From the human T2T-CHM13v2.0 reference genome, Homo sapiens, in the NCBI RefSeq assembly GCF_009914755.1, contig NC_060930.1: DNA of 64,000 nucleotides; one strand, given 5' to 3'. Numbering within the stretch: position 1 is the first letter of the stretch; every line of letters begins with the position of its first letter. Below the pieces are notes generated by a model, which was not told the DNA's origin, did not search any database, and was given only the letters and a program-made list of their open reading frames with translations. Below are positions 1 to 14,167 of this stretch, piece after piece. Position numbers and translations under genes: made by a program.

Positions 1-255
<255 letters not shown>

Positions 256-1140
256 TGAAAAGCAGCTATTACTGTGTATTGGCTATGGCTTTAAAAGCAT
301 TGCTATTGTTGACAGGTGAGCATCCACCTTCCAGCAGCAGAACCAAAACGCTCACACAATTCAGCCCAAAGAATAAACAACCACGACACAGCGGAAAGCA
401 TCTGTTTCGTGTTTCCATTAGACCATCAGCGTCTCAGCCTGGAAGCAATATTTTGTGTCTTCCTCTGAAAAACCTAGTAGTTCACTTCCATATCTTTGGA
501 CCCATAGAGAATCAGACGGATGATTTTAGCCTGTGTTGAAGACATCACTGGGAGTGAGTTGTACCTTTCCCCTTCCTAGGCCCCGGGGAGATAGGAAGGT
601 GGGACCGCACGGCTGTGTCCTCCCCATTGGGAATGGAGTGGAAGGGAAGTGTCTCCTCGCATTTGAGGCAGCGTTGAAGGCGCAAGTTATCCCCTGCACC
701 CCAGTCTCATGGTGAGAACAAAGAGCCCAGGGAGGGTAAAGCTCCAGATGGGGCAGCCTCGTCTCCCAGCCCCCTGGACCTCCCAGAAAGTGGCCGAGGA
801 TAACCCTGCCTGTGACCTCATGGAAAAGAAGCCTTGCAGACAGGAGTGAGAAGCAGGCTCTATCACGTGGAGGCCCTGGTGTCACCACAGAGGTACATGG
901 TCTGTCCCACCTGGACCAAGACAAGTGGCAGAAACCTTAGGTACTGGTTTCACCAAAAGGAAACTGAGGCCCAAAGAGGCCACACATCCCAGGCACTAGG
1001 ACAGTGGTGTCCCTGCGTCCTCCCCTCCCTCAGTCTCCCCACATTTTACCACATTCTCCCTCAGACGCAAAACCGAATCATGGCCTCTCTTTACCGCTCA
1101 GCCATGTCAGCTCAACCTTAGCACCGTTCAAAGCAATTGG

Positions 1141-1215
1141 TATGCATGTGTGTGTTCATGCAGTGTGCGTGTGTGTGTTTGTATGTCTATGCGCATATGT
1201 GTGTGTGTGTGCATG
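1141..1215. repeat. (TG)-rich low-complexity tract
   Basis: Imperfect gtgtgt runs. Confidence 0.8.
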
Positions 1216-2149
1216 TTAAACGGAGGACGGAATATGAAGTTCAAATTCCCCCACGGCACCTGGCGTAGTCCCTGGCACATGGAGTGTGTAAAGTCATGTT
1301 CTTAAGTGAAAGTATCTTGGGAAACTGGCCTCATTTTCCCTTACGCAGCTGATCTCGAATCACACAGGATCTCGCACTGGGCTGTAAGCCGGCACCAGGG
1401 TTACAACCTGCTGTGCACCACGGTCCCTGAGAGACTCAGCCTCACATGAAAGTCCTGTTTGCTCCCAGTTCACAGGTAAATAAATCAACAGCTCCACGGA
1501 GAAAGAATAGCACCTTCCCATCCTGTCCACTCCCAGGAAACGACCTTCACTTCTGCCCCGACTTCTGGGAGCCAACAAGGAAAGCGGAGCAAGCCATGAC
1601 CCTGAGCCTTGCACCACGAGATTTGAGGCCTGTGGGCACCGAGGCTACTGCAGAGCACAGGTGGAAACACAGGTACATAGGTGACTCTCCGTAGGTCAAA
1701 GAAACGGTTTCACATGCTTCTGTGATAACAGCTGCAAGCATGAATAAAGTTCAGTTTCCTTTGGAAGGCATTGATGGTTTCAGCAGCTCTCCTCAATGCG
1801 TGGATAGCAAAAATATAGCTACTACAAGGTGGGGTCTGTGATTTATTGTTATTACATTTCCAACAGAGTCTTAAGCTAAAAATATTTGGGACCCAGTAAC
1901 TGAGAAGTCCTAGCAGTAGTATCAGGATCACAGAAGGAACCACATTTCCTGCCTTACAGGTTTGGTTTCCAGACTTAGCTGAAGCCTGTTAGATGGCATT
2001 CGCTTAGCATGGAAAAAGCAAAGCCAAGAATAATTTTAAATTCTTTTGGAGTCATTAAAGGGTTACATTAAGAAAATGGAAAAATATTATTTCCACAAAA
2101 TAAACTGCAAGAGTAAATTATCTTTGATTTCAGCAAATGTCTGCATCAT

Positions 2150-2360
2150 AGAATCACAGTTAAGACCCTAAAGCCACATGGCTCGGTTCAAATCCATGAC
2201 TCCCCTACTTGGCTGTGTCACCTGGTACAACTTAATTGCCTCCATGCTCTCATCTGTAAAATGGGAGAGAGCGGCAATGAGAGTGACTACTTCATCTGGT
2301 TGTTGAGGGTCAAATGAGTTCACATTGCAAGGTGCTTAGAACATACTGAGTATTCTATAA
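2150..2360 (+). mobile_element. MIR SINE
   Basis: ggttcaaatcc...ctgtgtcacctgg...ctcatctgtaaaatggg...gagggtcaaatgag...aaggtgcttagaaca, the MIR core. Confidence 0.75.
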
Positions 2361-5300
2361 CGATTTACCAAAGAAAAGCAAAGCAAAAACAGGAGCAAGG
2401 AAGGGAACCTTGGATTTCCTTGGGGGAACAACCTTGGAAACCAAAAGTTAATTAAGAAAGAGCTGTCAATTTCTTTACCTCCTCCCTGTACAGATAAGAG
2501 CATTGAGAAAAGGCGTTTCGTAAGTAGTGAGGCACCACACGGATGAACGGCGACGACCTTGTTAGTTCGCTGTTACAGATCAAGTCCCAAGGGCCCCATG
2601 ATAATAACCAACTGCAAACGATCCCAGCAAAACCAGAGCTGTGCGTGTCCGTGTACCTCGAGAAAGAGGGGTGCACCCAGCAGTCCTTTAAAGATTGTTT
2701 TCAGATCCATGACGGCACGGCCGGCCTTGTCTATGTCCGTCACCAAATGCTGAATTGTGTGGCAGACACAACACTGTCCATGACCTGCTGTAAAGCAGCT
2801 TCTGTTAGGGTTCTTGTTGTTCGGCTAGAAAGAATGCGAAGTGTTTGGGGAGTTGTGAGCGTGAGGAATTGCCATGTGCGGGGCTTCTGAGTGCCCTGTG
2901 CCTTGCATCGCTGCCGGCTCTGAGGACCACGCGGTGCTGGGACTCCACTCCCACTGGGGAGGGCGTGAGTGAGAGGGTGAGAGAAATGAGGCTGAGCCCC
3001 AGCTCAGAGCTGGGAAGACCCCTGGGATCGCCCGGCACAGTGTGGTCAGGGTCATTTAAGGCCAGCGACATTTTAGTGATGGGCAGAGGGAAGGACACCA
3101 GGGGGCGCGTGAAAAGGAAGACTGTGAGGCGGGAGGAAGAGTGGGAGGCTCTGCCCAGGGTGGCCGAGGAGCAGGGTGCTTCCTAAAGGAAGGTGTCGAG
3201 AACGGCAAGCTCTGAGGAGGTGCTGGAACGCGGGGATCAGGTCTAACAACACGGGGCCCGCGCTTCCCTCCTCACAAGGCAGCTCAATGAAGCTGAAGGA
3301 GTGAAATCCAGCCACAGTGAGAAGGCGGGCAGGGGTGGTTGCTGGAGGAGGCCATGCCGCAGGCCTAGATGGGGAAGCAGAGTGGGGCAAGGAGCAGGGG
3401 GTTGGGAAGGGGTCAGGGTCCCTGTCACTGACCACATTGAGTGTGGCTGCACTTCCCCAGGCACAGCCGGGTGCCCTCACTCTGTGAAAAACAAACCACA
3501 AGGAGCCTGCAGCCATGAGCCCGCAACCCCTGACAACGGGAGGAAGACGCGCCACAGGGACTGGGACAGCGGCCACCGCGGTGACACCTACAGCCACGCA
3601 AGCACCTGCGTAAACACGTGCTACAGTCACGTTACGTATTTCACACATTTACACACTACACAACGTGTGTGTGTTCACACACATGTGTATCAACACACAT
3701 ATGCAGGAACGACAAAGCACTTTGGCAGCCTTGACGTTATCTCTACCGAGTTCTGTCCTCTCATCATATGTCCACGGAGGTGGCATGACCTTCCCAACAC
3801 CAAACGGCCAATGGGGTGACCCCGCCTGGGTCTCTCAGCTCCAGCCTGGGGCTTTCTCCTCCCTGCCAGCTCCAGGGCAGGTGGCAGGAGGAACAGCCAC
3901 CACGCTGAACAAGGAAAGGACCCAGAAGTTAGGCCACATGAAGAGAGCCACAGTCCTGGAGTGAGCCTCCACGTGGCCAGCCAGCATGGGTAGTGTGTGC
4001 AGCGTCTCTGGACTCATAAACAGTGCTCCTGACGCTGGACTCCACAAAGCCAAGTGCCATGAGAAGCTCCCAGATGTTTCCAGGGCTGCAGGTCAGCAGG
4101 TGCGCCCAGCACACCGGCCCTCAAGTAGAGGATGCTCCGGGACGCGTGGTGACGACCCACGGCCACGAGCACAGCCAGCCCTCCTTAGCCATGGCCCCCG
4201 CACCTGCTCCCACCTCCAAGATCCCTGCTGCCCGCTTAGTGTGGGGTGACATAGGTTCCTTATTGCATCCGCAGCTCAGGGACGGGCGCAGTGTGCTCCA
4301 AGACATAGAGGCTCAATAAATCCTGCAGTAATAACAAGAAAACGACTTTGTTTAACTTTTCGTAGATTATAAAGGATAACCATCATTCCCTATAGCTCTT
4401 ATTTTCTGAGACCTCGATGTAGAAAGTGCTGGCTTAAAGTGGTGTAGAAGGTGTAAGATGTGGAGCTGGCATTTAAAGAAGAGAATTCAAAGAGCATCTT
4501 ACTTTTTTGAAAGGCGTGGGGCTAAGCATCACATTTTACATGCACAGCTGAGCAATCGACTTAAGGTGTTTTAGGCTTCATCTCCTCATCTGTAAGATGG
4601 CAATACTCACAGTAATATAAAGAAACAGTGATTATGAAGAATTGGCTGGGGCAATGGCAGGCACTCAGCGACTACCAGCTTTTCTGAACAGGGGAAGGGA
4701 GGTTGAGTATACACTCCCTTCACGCTGACACAGTCCTCCAGCCTGTTAGGAACAAAACACTTCCCGCTTTCTAGTTCACTGAAGGTCAATATCATAATGG
4801 CTGTGATTACGATATGAGAAATTCTCAGGGTGAATTACAAATTCCAAACAAAACATTCCCTTTGGGTAGCCTGAGGTGTGTAATTATCATGATGACGTCT
4901 TTGGGGTTGCATTGGTAAGTGGCAGTGACTTGTTTGATTAATGGATTGAATATTTCTTTTCATGTCACTGAATAGAGGATACCTTCAATTGGTGAAATTG
5001 CCTGAGAGACAACACTTATCCATGTTACTAAACCCAAGATATATTGAATAACTTAAATCTGTATCATATCATCACCCAGTGAGTATAGTGCTATTTAAAA
5101 ATTTTTTAGGATAAGCTGAGCCTTAACTTTAGGCCTATAACTTCAATTATATTTAATTTTCAAATATAATTATTGTACCAGTAATATAGATTTCTTTGGA
5201 AATTATTTTAAAAATGAAGAAAAGAAAAAATACATATAATTGTACAACTTAATGAAAAGCCTTGGTAATTTTTGGATTTGTGTGTATGTGTGTTTTCCTT

Positions 5301-6577
5301 TCAAGCTTTTTCTAAAAATCTTGCCTGTTTCTGTGGGAGTTAGGAGGTGGGCTATAGCTGAATATGATAAAACTTTGATGTACTGTTTTTTCCCCTAAAA
5401 TTAATGATTTTTCTCCAGCTATCCCAAAAAGACATTTATAAGTATGGCCTCAATCAAAGGATTTTTCTAGCTCAAATTCTAATTCTGACTACAGCACTAT
5501 TTTCTGCTGAAGTGCAATGCACAGATTTTGAAAGCCCACCCAGTGACTCAAGTAACTACAGGAATGAAACAGAATTTGTCTCTTCAGCGGTTGTTTGGGG
5601 CTGGAACGCAGAAGCACAGAGGTTGCGAGGTGCTCCTTTTTAGCTGCTGGTATTTCCTTTTGCTGCCACCCCTGTTCTGGAAGCTTCCCTTGGCACCCTA
5701 CTCGCCCCACAGTGTCTGGACCCAGCTGCGTGGCCCTGTGGGCCTAACGTGCCTCTCCTCCCTCGCCTTTGTTTACAAGTCCAAAGAATGTGCCTCCCCA
5801 CCCCCGAACCCTGCTGCACCCAGAAGTCTGCACCAACTCACCGCCACGAGAGTGAATGAAGGTCCCTTCCTTACCTGGGGGCTGCCCTAGCAAAGAGGAA
5901 GGGCTCAGCTACCTGTGGGAAAAGCCAGCTCCACCATGGAATTTTTGTCTCTGAAAACAGACTGAAGAACCAGACTTTTGTATTTTATCCCCTAGACTCT
6001 GCCCAGTTTTTAATGTCGCCTATCACCTCCCCATGAGCAACGCCATCAAAAAGCAAAATACAACTGCGACTACCGTCTCACACGCTTCAGCTTGCAAGGC
6101 AGAGGCACGGAACGATTTGATGAAAAAGACAGAGGAAAACAGAAAAATCACTCCTCTAACCAAGACCACAAAGGCCGCGCGGATCAATGTGCTCCAGATC
6201 AATGCGGTCCAGAGGCGAAAGCGTGGTTAGAGGAAGACAAAAAGGACAGAGAAGCCAGCTCGCGCTCCCTTCAGGATCCTACTTGGAAAATTAATTTTGT
6301 GACTCAGCTGAGGGCTGCTGCTGTCACCCAGGAGCCCTTCAGACTGGGCTCCACTTGCCAGCAAGCCTCAAAGGGACCCAGGAAGGGTGAACATTCGGCC
6401 AGAATGTGTTGAGCGTCCACAATGTTCCAGGCTTAGCCCCCGCACTGCAGCTCCCTAAGTTGCTTTGCAAAGGACTGAGTTTGGGTCACCTCATTATTTT
6501 ATTTGCATATCAGGTTACCTGACAAAAGAACATATTGTTTCCCAAATTATTAAGAACTAAAGACAATACCTCCTCAA

Positions 6578-6603
6578 ACACACACACACACACACACACA
6601 CAC
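6578..6603. repeat. (CA)n microsatellite
   Basis: acacacacac run. Confidence 0.95.
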
Positions 6604-7174
6604 CCTGGTGTCAGGCAGCCGGCCACCACAGAGTGTGTGCGGGGATTGCTAACCATGGCAGAGCCTGCTCTCACTGTTTGGGTGCAAACCTTGGGGGTTT
6701 TATTTTTCCACGACTGTGGAGTCTGCCTCTGTGTCCCCACATGTAAAATCGCTACCTTGGCCACCACTGCACCATAACAAGAGTGCTCACATTTCTGTCC
6801 TTCCAATACCAGGAAATCTGAGAAACAATTACTTTTTCTTTGTTCAAGTCCCACCCAATCGACAGATGATGGATCAATGCAGCTCTATAAAACAGGGCAT
6901 GTGTGTTCACTTCAAAGCCATAAGAAAAGGGAAGAAAGAGGAGGAAACCCAGAGAGGGCCTCAGCGGGCAGCAGTGGCCCTGGACAAGCTCCCCCCGTTC
7001 TGGTTGAGGTTGGGTATGGACAAAAGAAAACATCCTCCCCTTGGAACTGGAACCTCCTTTGTGTCTTTTCTAAAAGTGATTTTTTTATAAAGGCAAATAA
7101 ATAAAGAGTGAAATCATGATGGAGAAAGAGGACATACAATTAGCTGTGAAACTAGAGGCACCTTGCAGGACTTA

Positions 7175-7369
7175 TTAGGCAAAATCCATGAAAGACGCTG
7201 ACCGCTGTGTTAGTGCCACCCACACTTCTGGGACCATCCTGGTGAGCGGCCCAATGTTCCTTAGCCAAGCGGCAGGGGCAGCTGCCTCTGCTTCAGAGGC
7301 TGAGTCTGTGTTAGGAGTTTCAGCAGGAGACTGGTATAACAATCTGTTGAACATCAACTTTTGTAGAGT
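7175..7369 (-). CDS. Candidate terminal exon K, coding part (TLQKLMFN...SFMDFA*) of putative minus-strand spliced ORF
   Basis: Long pyrimidine tract (gttttgttttcctctctctctccctccc...ttttttaaaag) then AG at 7371-7370; open in phase 0 to TAA at 7177-7175; candidate AATAAA at 6503-6498. Confidence 0.35.
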   Translation of the reverse strand, partial: TLQKLMFNRLLYQSPAETPNTDSASEAEAAAPAAWLRNIGPLTRMVPEVWVALTQRSASFMDFA

Positions 7370-9649
7370 CTTTTAAAAAATATGTAGAGAGAGAGGTGAG
7401 TAGGGAGGGAGAGAGAGAGGAAAACAAAACAAAACAAAACCAGAATGATCAGCAGAGGGAGAGTTAAAGCCTTCACTTGGCAATCACTGCTGCCTTCCTA
7501 CCTTTTCAGACTTCTGGGCTGCTCCCGGGTGACGCTGTGTGAGATCTGATTTGCTTTTTTCATCCTGAACCTACGGGGTTCCCGCCTATCAAATTCAAGG
7601 TGAATCTGGAAACACTGCCAGGAGTTTAACCTACTCCGGGCCTAAAGGCAGTGGAGGGGATTTTGCTGGCCCTCAGCCCACAGAGACCCTGTGGCCACAT
7701 GGCTCCGGGGGTTCTCCCATGCTTTGACCCTAGGATGTGACTGGACACAGGGTCCTGGCAGAAACAGCCACTTTCCTGGGAACACTTTCCAGTTCCAACT
7801 ATGGCAACTTACGGTTAATGCCTGTGCCGGCCTGGCTGTTGATTTAGGAAGGAACGACTCTCCAAGGGCACCCACACCCTACCCTGGCCCTGAACTCTGT
7901 GCAGCACCCACCAGACCAATGGCTGTGCCATTGGCCCAATGTTCACTGCTATGACCAAGAGAGGAGAAACACCCAGTATTGGAACGCATCATCTTTATTT
8001 GGAGTGCCCAGGCTAGGTGTGGATTGGGATGATACAGATAATAATAAAACTTTTTCATTTGCCAAGAAACACAGTTCATCACACATTTGGATAAAGCCAC
8101 GTCAAGTTTCGCTAAGAATCACCAATTACAGCTTGACTCTTTTTTTCTTGGACAGATTATGGAACAGACTGACAAGAGATTATGAGAAAGGAATAGAAGA
8201 CGGTGTTCCTCCAACTCCAGCAGACCTTGTTTGCTGAGTTGATTTAAGTTAGGATGTAATCCAAACTGGGATTCAGGCATTTGCTTAACCCCTTAACTGA
8301 AATAGTCAGAACCAGCTTGAGATTCTGTGTGCCCACCCCTCACCTTTGCATGGCCTCCATCAACCATACAGTTCAAAACACAAGTTCCACGTCCAATAAG
8401 GAAACTTAATTCATGCAAAATGCGTTCAGACCCAGATAGTAGTACCACAAGTATGGAAAAAGTAAAACAGTGGAATTCAAATGTCAAGCATTGTGGGCAA
8501 TGGAATGCAGTAGGGACCTCTCTTCCAGGATTTGGGACCACCTAAAACCAGGTGGGACTCAGCCTCTCCCATCAGGGACTTGCAGGCCCCAGCGACGGGG
8601 CTGAGAAAAGGCGGCCGCATCCTTGTGCAGTGCCCTCCCTGGGCAGCTCCGAGGGCCACCCACTGCCCAGCAAGACCCCTGTGGCAGAGCTCATGCTGTT
8701 CTCATAAGACCTTTTTAACCTTATTATATTTTTGCTTTTTAGCTTCAGGAAAGCTGCCAGAAAATCAGGAGTATTTTTGTTTCAAATGAACTACAGCGCA
8801 GTTTAACGTATCAATGTAGATGAACATAAGCTCAACCAGAAACCAACTTCCAATGACCCGTTTGGCACCTACAAGGAGCAGGCCCATCTAGCCTGCTGTG
8901 ACCGCTGCAGAGGCGCGGCCCCAAGGATGATCAATCCCATGGTGTCACAACCACATGTGGCGTGACTACCGACTTACTACATTTCACCTGAGTGTTGCAG
9001 CCCAAAGCATTGAAAACAGCTATTAAACTATCTTTAAAAATGTCTTATTAATAAAGGTATTAAAACCAGATAGATGCTTGAAATAGGAGAAATCTACCTC
9101 CATCTAAAATTATCTATTTTAGTCCTAATTCCTAGAAAAGCTGTTGCTGAGCCACACGCACTAGAGTCTGGAGGCTGGTCGGCCACCAGCCTGCAAACCT
9201 CGAGGGCAGACACAGCCCCAGGCAGCTTCAGCACCCCCACGTTTGCCTCGCTGCCATGGCTCCCTTCTGCCGCTGGTAATTTCAGCTTATTTTGAAGGCA
9301 CGTCGTAGTTTTAAAAGGAATATTGGACATAAAGTGATGCAGAGATTCAGAATCAAACTCAAATCATAATGCATGGCAAGATGACATCCTCAGTTTAGCA
9401 CGCAAGGCAGCCCCTGCTGTACAAGGACATTACTGCACAAAGCACTCGGATTCCCCACAGGATGCCAAAAAATTCACATTTTCCTGTGGAGTGGTCCAGC
9501 CTTCTAAAAGCTCTTCGCACCTTGCCTTGCTGGACTCCGGGCACCGTGAAACAACTCAATAAATTGAAAAAGACTTCATGTTTAACTTAAAAAAAAAATG
9601 TAACTCACATAAGCATGGAAAAAAACAAACCCACAGGAACGCTTCTTAC

Positions 9650-9700
9650 CTCTACGGATCCAGCTACCTTTGTCTTGCAGGCAGCTGAGTCACTTTTGCC
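9650..9700 (-). CDS. Candidate 51-nt exon J (GKSDSAACKTKVAGSVE)
   Basis: ttctttcttcgtttccattttcacAG|...GAG|GTAAGA, near-consensus acceptor and donor; phase 0-0 open. Confidence 0.5.
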
Positions 9701-10338
9701 CTGTGAAAATGGAAACGAAGAAAGAATTCCTTTAAGTCACAGGACGTATTTACAGTCAGCAACTTCATTAGCAAGGGCATTACTACCATACTCACCAGGC
9801 CTGTGAGCTTTTTGTTTCTAAACATTAATCTCCACATAATTTTAAGTAATTGGAGGAGTTTCTTTCGCGTTCAGGAAGCCCTTTAGTGAAAGCCTACAGA
9901 AGAAAGGAACTTGCGACTTTTGTGCAACTTTTAAAATTTAGCCAAAGGAAGTGATGGTGTCCCATCACCAACCTCAAAGCTCAACGGAAAGAAAGTCTCT
10001 TTCAAGCTCCATATGCACAGCATTTATCTTCCAAGCCACGCATCAGTGACGAGCAGGCAAATGCTTTCAGGTGACTCTAAACTCTAGTCTATGGAAGAGG
10101 CTCATTCCAGCTATTTTAATCTGTAGATTTCATCTTCATCTGTAATACGCTCGCATACACCTAGTTAAAATTCCAATCGTGCTTGGTCCAGGGCTTAAAC
10201 CCGGAAGCGCGTGTGTCTAGGAGGCCTTTCTTCTTCCCAAGCCTCTTTTTGGCCAGCATGGTTTGGAGGTGACCTGAAGATTTTACTCAGCAACGTGGTT
10301 TTAGGACTGCTGAGAGCAGAGACAACGGCTACCCTTAC

Positions 10339-10445
10339 TGCGGCACGTTCAGTGATGCAGGGGCCACATTTCCATTTCCTACTTTCTCCTTTAGCCTTTT
10401 CCTGCCACATTTCTCTTCTGTTCTCTGTTCCTTGGCTCATACCCA
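10339..10445 (-). CDS. Candidate 107-nt exon I (GMSQGTENRREMWQEKAKGESRKWKCGPCITERAA)
   Basis: cttcttccttcatctcttatatttcAG| ... GCA|GTAAGG; purine-rich body; only the phase 1-0 frame is open. Confidence 0.45.
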
Positions 10446-10919
10446 CTGAAATATAAGAGATGAAGGAAGAAGCCAGAATTCAAATGAAATCTCCTTTGCC
10501 CCTACTGATGACTGCGGTTCAAGTGTCAGAAGACAGAGCGTTGGAATCACCATCTAAATGAAATGAGGCTAACAGGAGATGCCAGCGGCCTCTGCTGCCT
10601 CACATGGCCCTCGGTTGTCACGAGTGAGCACAGCTTTGGGGCTGGCTTCTCCCGAGTGTGCCATGAGGAAAGGGGTCCAGCGATTCTTCCCTGAGAGAAA
10701 CCCCTGCACTGCGGGTGCCCATTCTCGCCTCAGCCTACACCTCCTCTGTCCTCCAACACAGCTGATGAGCGGCCGGTTTATCGAGGTGAGAATCATAGCT
10801 CTGTTTGTTTTATGTTCCCAACTGGACGGTAATTAATAACTGGCAAGAATACAGTTGCTAATGCTGACTTTACCACTTGTTTTTGCCATTTATGTACCTG
10901 TTTGTATTGTACTGGGCAT

Positions 10920-11340
10920 GTATGGTGAGCCTATGTGGGGTTTCTACCCAGCAGCCCTTCTCCCCTCCTGGCGAGCACTCCCTTTCTTTCTATGGGACAC
11001 TAGTTCCATGGAGTCCAGGTGGGAATGACCCCACCCCCCAGCCCCCCCACCACTGGGAGAAAGGCCCTAGCAGGGCTCCCTCAGAGCTGTCAGCCCCCTT
11101 GTCCTGGGATGGCCAGCCTGGCAGATGACCTAAGTCTGGGGTTTGTGCTTGCTCTGCCTTGGAAATGTGCCTGCCTGAGAATGGAGTCGAGCAAGGAGGA
11201 AGAGAAATTCAGTGTCCTGCCGACAGCTTCGGACGCTGGGATTCAGACCCACCAGAAACCATCTCTTTCAATGGTGTGAGCCAACAAATTGCCAATTTTA
11301 AGAAGGTTTGATTCTGTTTCTACAACTTGAAAAAGATGGT
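10920..11340 (+). mobile_element. Probable old ERVL-type LTR (LTR16-like), degenerate
   Basis: Ends gtgagccaacaaattgcc...tttgattctgtttctacaacttgaaaaaga, resembling LTR16/MLT 3' ends. Confidence 0.35.
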
Positions 11341-12154
11341 GAGACCCGGTGGAACATAAATGACGCTTTTACAGAAAAATACCTAATAGCATGAAAATCC
11401 CAAATGTGCCACAATGTTGTGCCTTCGCCTATCACCTCATTCCACTCCATGACCTACTCTCAGGGCAACCAGCTTTTCAAAGGAAGTGCCCCACAGATGG
11501 CGCTACTAAGCCCGGCTGTCGGGACACACCTGAGACTGTGCATCCAGGGTATGCGGTGCTTGGGGTCCCTCATAAAAAGACACATTACTAAATTTTTCAT
11601 ATTGTCTTGTTTAGAATCACTGACTGTCTTTCCCTTCTCACTTCCTGGACTCTCTTCTTTGCAAACAACATTAAGAATGTTGTTAACTCCCCTGAATTAA
11701 ACAGGGGAATCTGGAATGACTTGGACATTAAATGAGGATTCTCCAGCCACTCTGCAGCCACGCTATCCCTCCCACCTCCACCCCTTCTCTTCCTCCAAAC
11801 TGGCCCCCACACCCATCCTCTCTACACCATGGTCAGCCTGCTGTGCGGGCTCCACGTCTGGGTCAACCCTGTGTGGGCAGAGAACAGGGGCAGCTTCCAG
11901 CTCCAGAAGGAAATCCCAGCTCCTCTACTACTCCTTTCCGATCCAGGACACGAGAGGAGAGGACTCCCCTTACGGATCCCATCTCCTCCCCTGAAGCATC
12001 TGTGACTGTGCAGGTTGGAGAAGGAGGCAGGGAAGGGGGTGAGGAGAGGGGGAAGAGGGGTCACAGGAAAGCCCGGTGTGCCCTAATGAGGGGCTTTCCA
12101 TCACAGGGGAGTCAGAGCCCCCACAGGAAATCCTGACTCCTGAAGCAATCCACT

Positions 12155-12486
12155 TTTCTTTTCTTTCTTTTCGTTTTTTTTTGTTTTGTTTTGTTTTGTT
12201 GTTTTTGAGGTGGAGTCTCGCTGTGTCACCCAGGGTGGAGTACAGTAGTGCAGTCTTGGCTCACTGCAACCTCTGCCCCCCAGGTTCCAGTGATTCTCCT
12301 GCCTCAGCCTCCTGAGTAGCTGGGATTACAGGCGCCCACCACCACACCCAGCTAATTTTTGTGTTTTTAGCGGAGACAGGGTTTCACCATTGGCCAGGCT
12401 GGTCTGGAACTCCTGACCTCAGGTGATCTGCCTGCTTTGGCCTCCCGAAACACTGGGATTACAGGCGTGAGCCACTGCACCTGGCT
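12155..12486 (-). mobile_element. AluS (Sx-like), full length
   Basis: T-rich tail followed by the complete reverse Alu dimer. Confidence 0.95.
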
Positions 12487-13344
12487 GCAATCTGCTACTG
12501 TCCCCTTCCTCGTCTGTCCATCCTGTTACATACCTGTGACCACATTATCGTCAAAATACGTTTAACATGAATTTATTATCATCATGGCTAGCTCCACCAG
12601 GAAGAAAAAAAAACTACCGTTGAGATGACATAAAACGCTTTGTGCAAATGATCGTCCTCCAGGGGTATTCCGTGAAGAGGACACTTGTCATATAGCCAAG
12701 CATGCTTGCAGAAAATAAATGGACGTGGTCAGACAAATATTTTTGTGTGTTTCATTGATTTGAAATAAACTATCAGAAATTTCTAAACAAATACTCGCCA
12801 ACCTTTTGGAAAAAAATATGGATTGAATCTTTTTTTTTAAGTCTAGAAAGTGACCCAGTGTTGTGGGAGAAATGTGAAAGGCAGGCACCATCGCTTTCAC
12901 GGCACTTGGGGTCATAGTCTGGATGACCAAGATTCATTTGATCCTCAGGGGTCTTTTATGATTGGACTGCAAGTAAAGCTGCCAGCCAAATTTTATAACA
13001 CAAAAGGTGTTCCGTGTGCTCACAGCACCCCTGCTTACCAGATGACAGAATGTCTTGAAGATTGTGCACGTTCCTCAAAAGACACATTTAGACAGTCATG
13101 GTCAGGCAGTTGATAGACTCGATATCAGCTATGAATTTCTCAGTGAAATTAGTGCATGGGATTCTAGAAAATTGGACACTTTCAAGTGGTGCTGTGGCTG
13201 GAGTGGTGCAGCCGTCTTTACCCAGCGAGCGTCCCGGCGTTGGTTATTCTGGGTCTTTGAGAATGCTGTGACTGTCCCTGCTGCTGCTGCACCCATCCCA
13301 GCACCACGTGGCTAAGCTCTCCCAAGATGCTACGGACCATGGTA

Positions 13345-13540
13345 GGGAGCTCAGCCTCCCAAGCAGCCAGCCAGGGTTTATTTCCTGGCACCAGAACTTA
13401 GGCAAGTCATTGGACTCCTCAGCCCCAATTTCCCTGTTTGTACAATTGAGGAAGACAGTCCCTTACACAGGGGTGGTGGGAGAAAGAAATGAGCTGGCCC
13501 ATATTGGGCTCCCAGCAGACAGCAGCCATCAGTGAACATC
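13345..13540 (+). mobile_element. MIR fragment
   Basis: acttaggcaagtcattggactcctcagccccaatttccctgtttgtacaattgagg. Confidence 0.6.
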
Positions 13541-14148
13541 AGCATGATGACGATGTGGGGAAAATTAAGGCGTTCCCAGATTACAGCAGCATAAAGGACC
13601 CCAAAACATCTCGCCCTTCTTTGAGAACGCTGGCATGTGTGCTTCTTGTCTGTGACCTCTGAGGAGTCGGATCCCCAGGTGCTTCAATAGCTCTGAGCTG
13701 TCCTTTATTTTGGATGAGCCCCGTCTTCCAGCTTTTAGGGTTGGGAGGGCAGAGGAGAAACGGCAGGTGGCACTGCGGATATTTTTACACAGGATAATGT
13801 GACCTGCCCAGCCTGCACCTGCGCTCAGCATCATCAGAGTTCCGTTTCTTATACTTAATTAGGCTACACAACCAATTTTACGATTTTACCATTTTGAAAT
13901 CACGTGGGAGTTACCAAAATGGTTAATTTAAAACGGTTTTACCCAGACTTTGGGGGGCAGTCTTGATTCTTAAATGGCTTTGATGGCTTTGATAAACACC
14001 CTGGGCCCTTCCTCCAAAAAATACACACTCATTGAAAGCCCCCCCCACCCCCGGCCCCTTCGCACTATGCACAGCCCTCAGGAGCTCCACCTTTGGTTTT
14101 GGGGGAGTCTCTAAGTGCCCAAAAGTTTCCCTCGCAAATTTGCACGTC

Positions 14149-14167
14149 TACCACTAGATGGCAGCAG
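14149..14167 (+). promoter_or_regulatory. CTCF motif
   Basis: TACCACTAGATGGCAGCAG closely matches the CTCF core CCAC[CT]AG[AG][GT]GGC[AG]. Confidence 0.65.

Noticed and set aside
2452-4319. Cluster of overlapping 100-190 aa ORFs
   Set aside because: GC-rich sequence yields ORFs on both strands; there is no recognisable domain or splice structure.
12618-12704. Possible 87-nt minus-strand exon (two frames open)
   Set aside because: Both the acceptor (ctgcaAG) and the donor (ACG|GTAGTT) are weak, and it does not fit the F-G-I frame.
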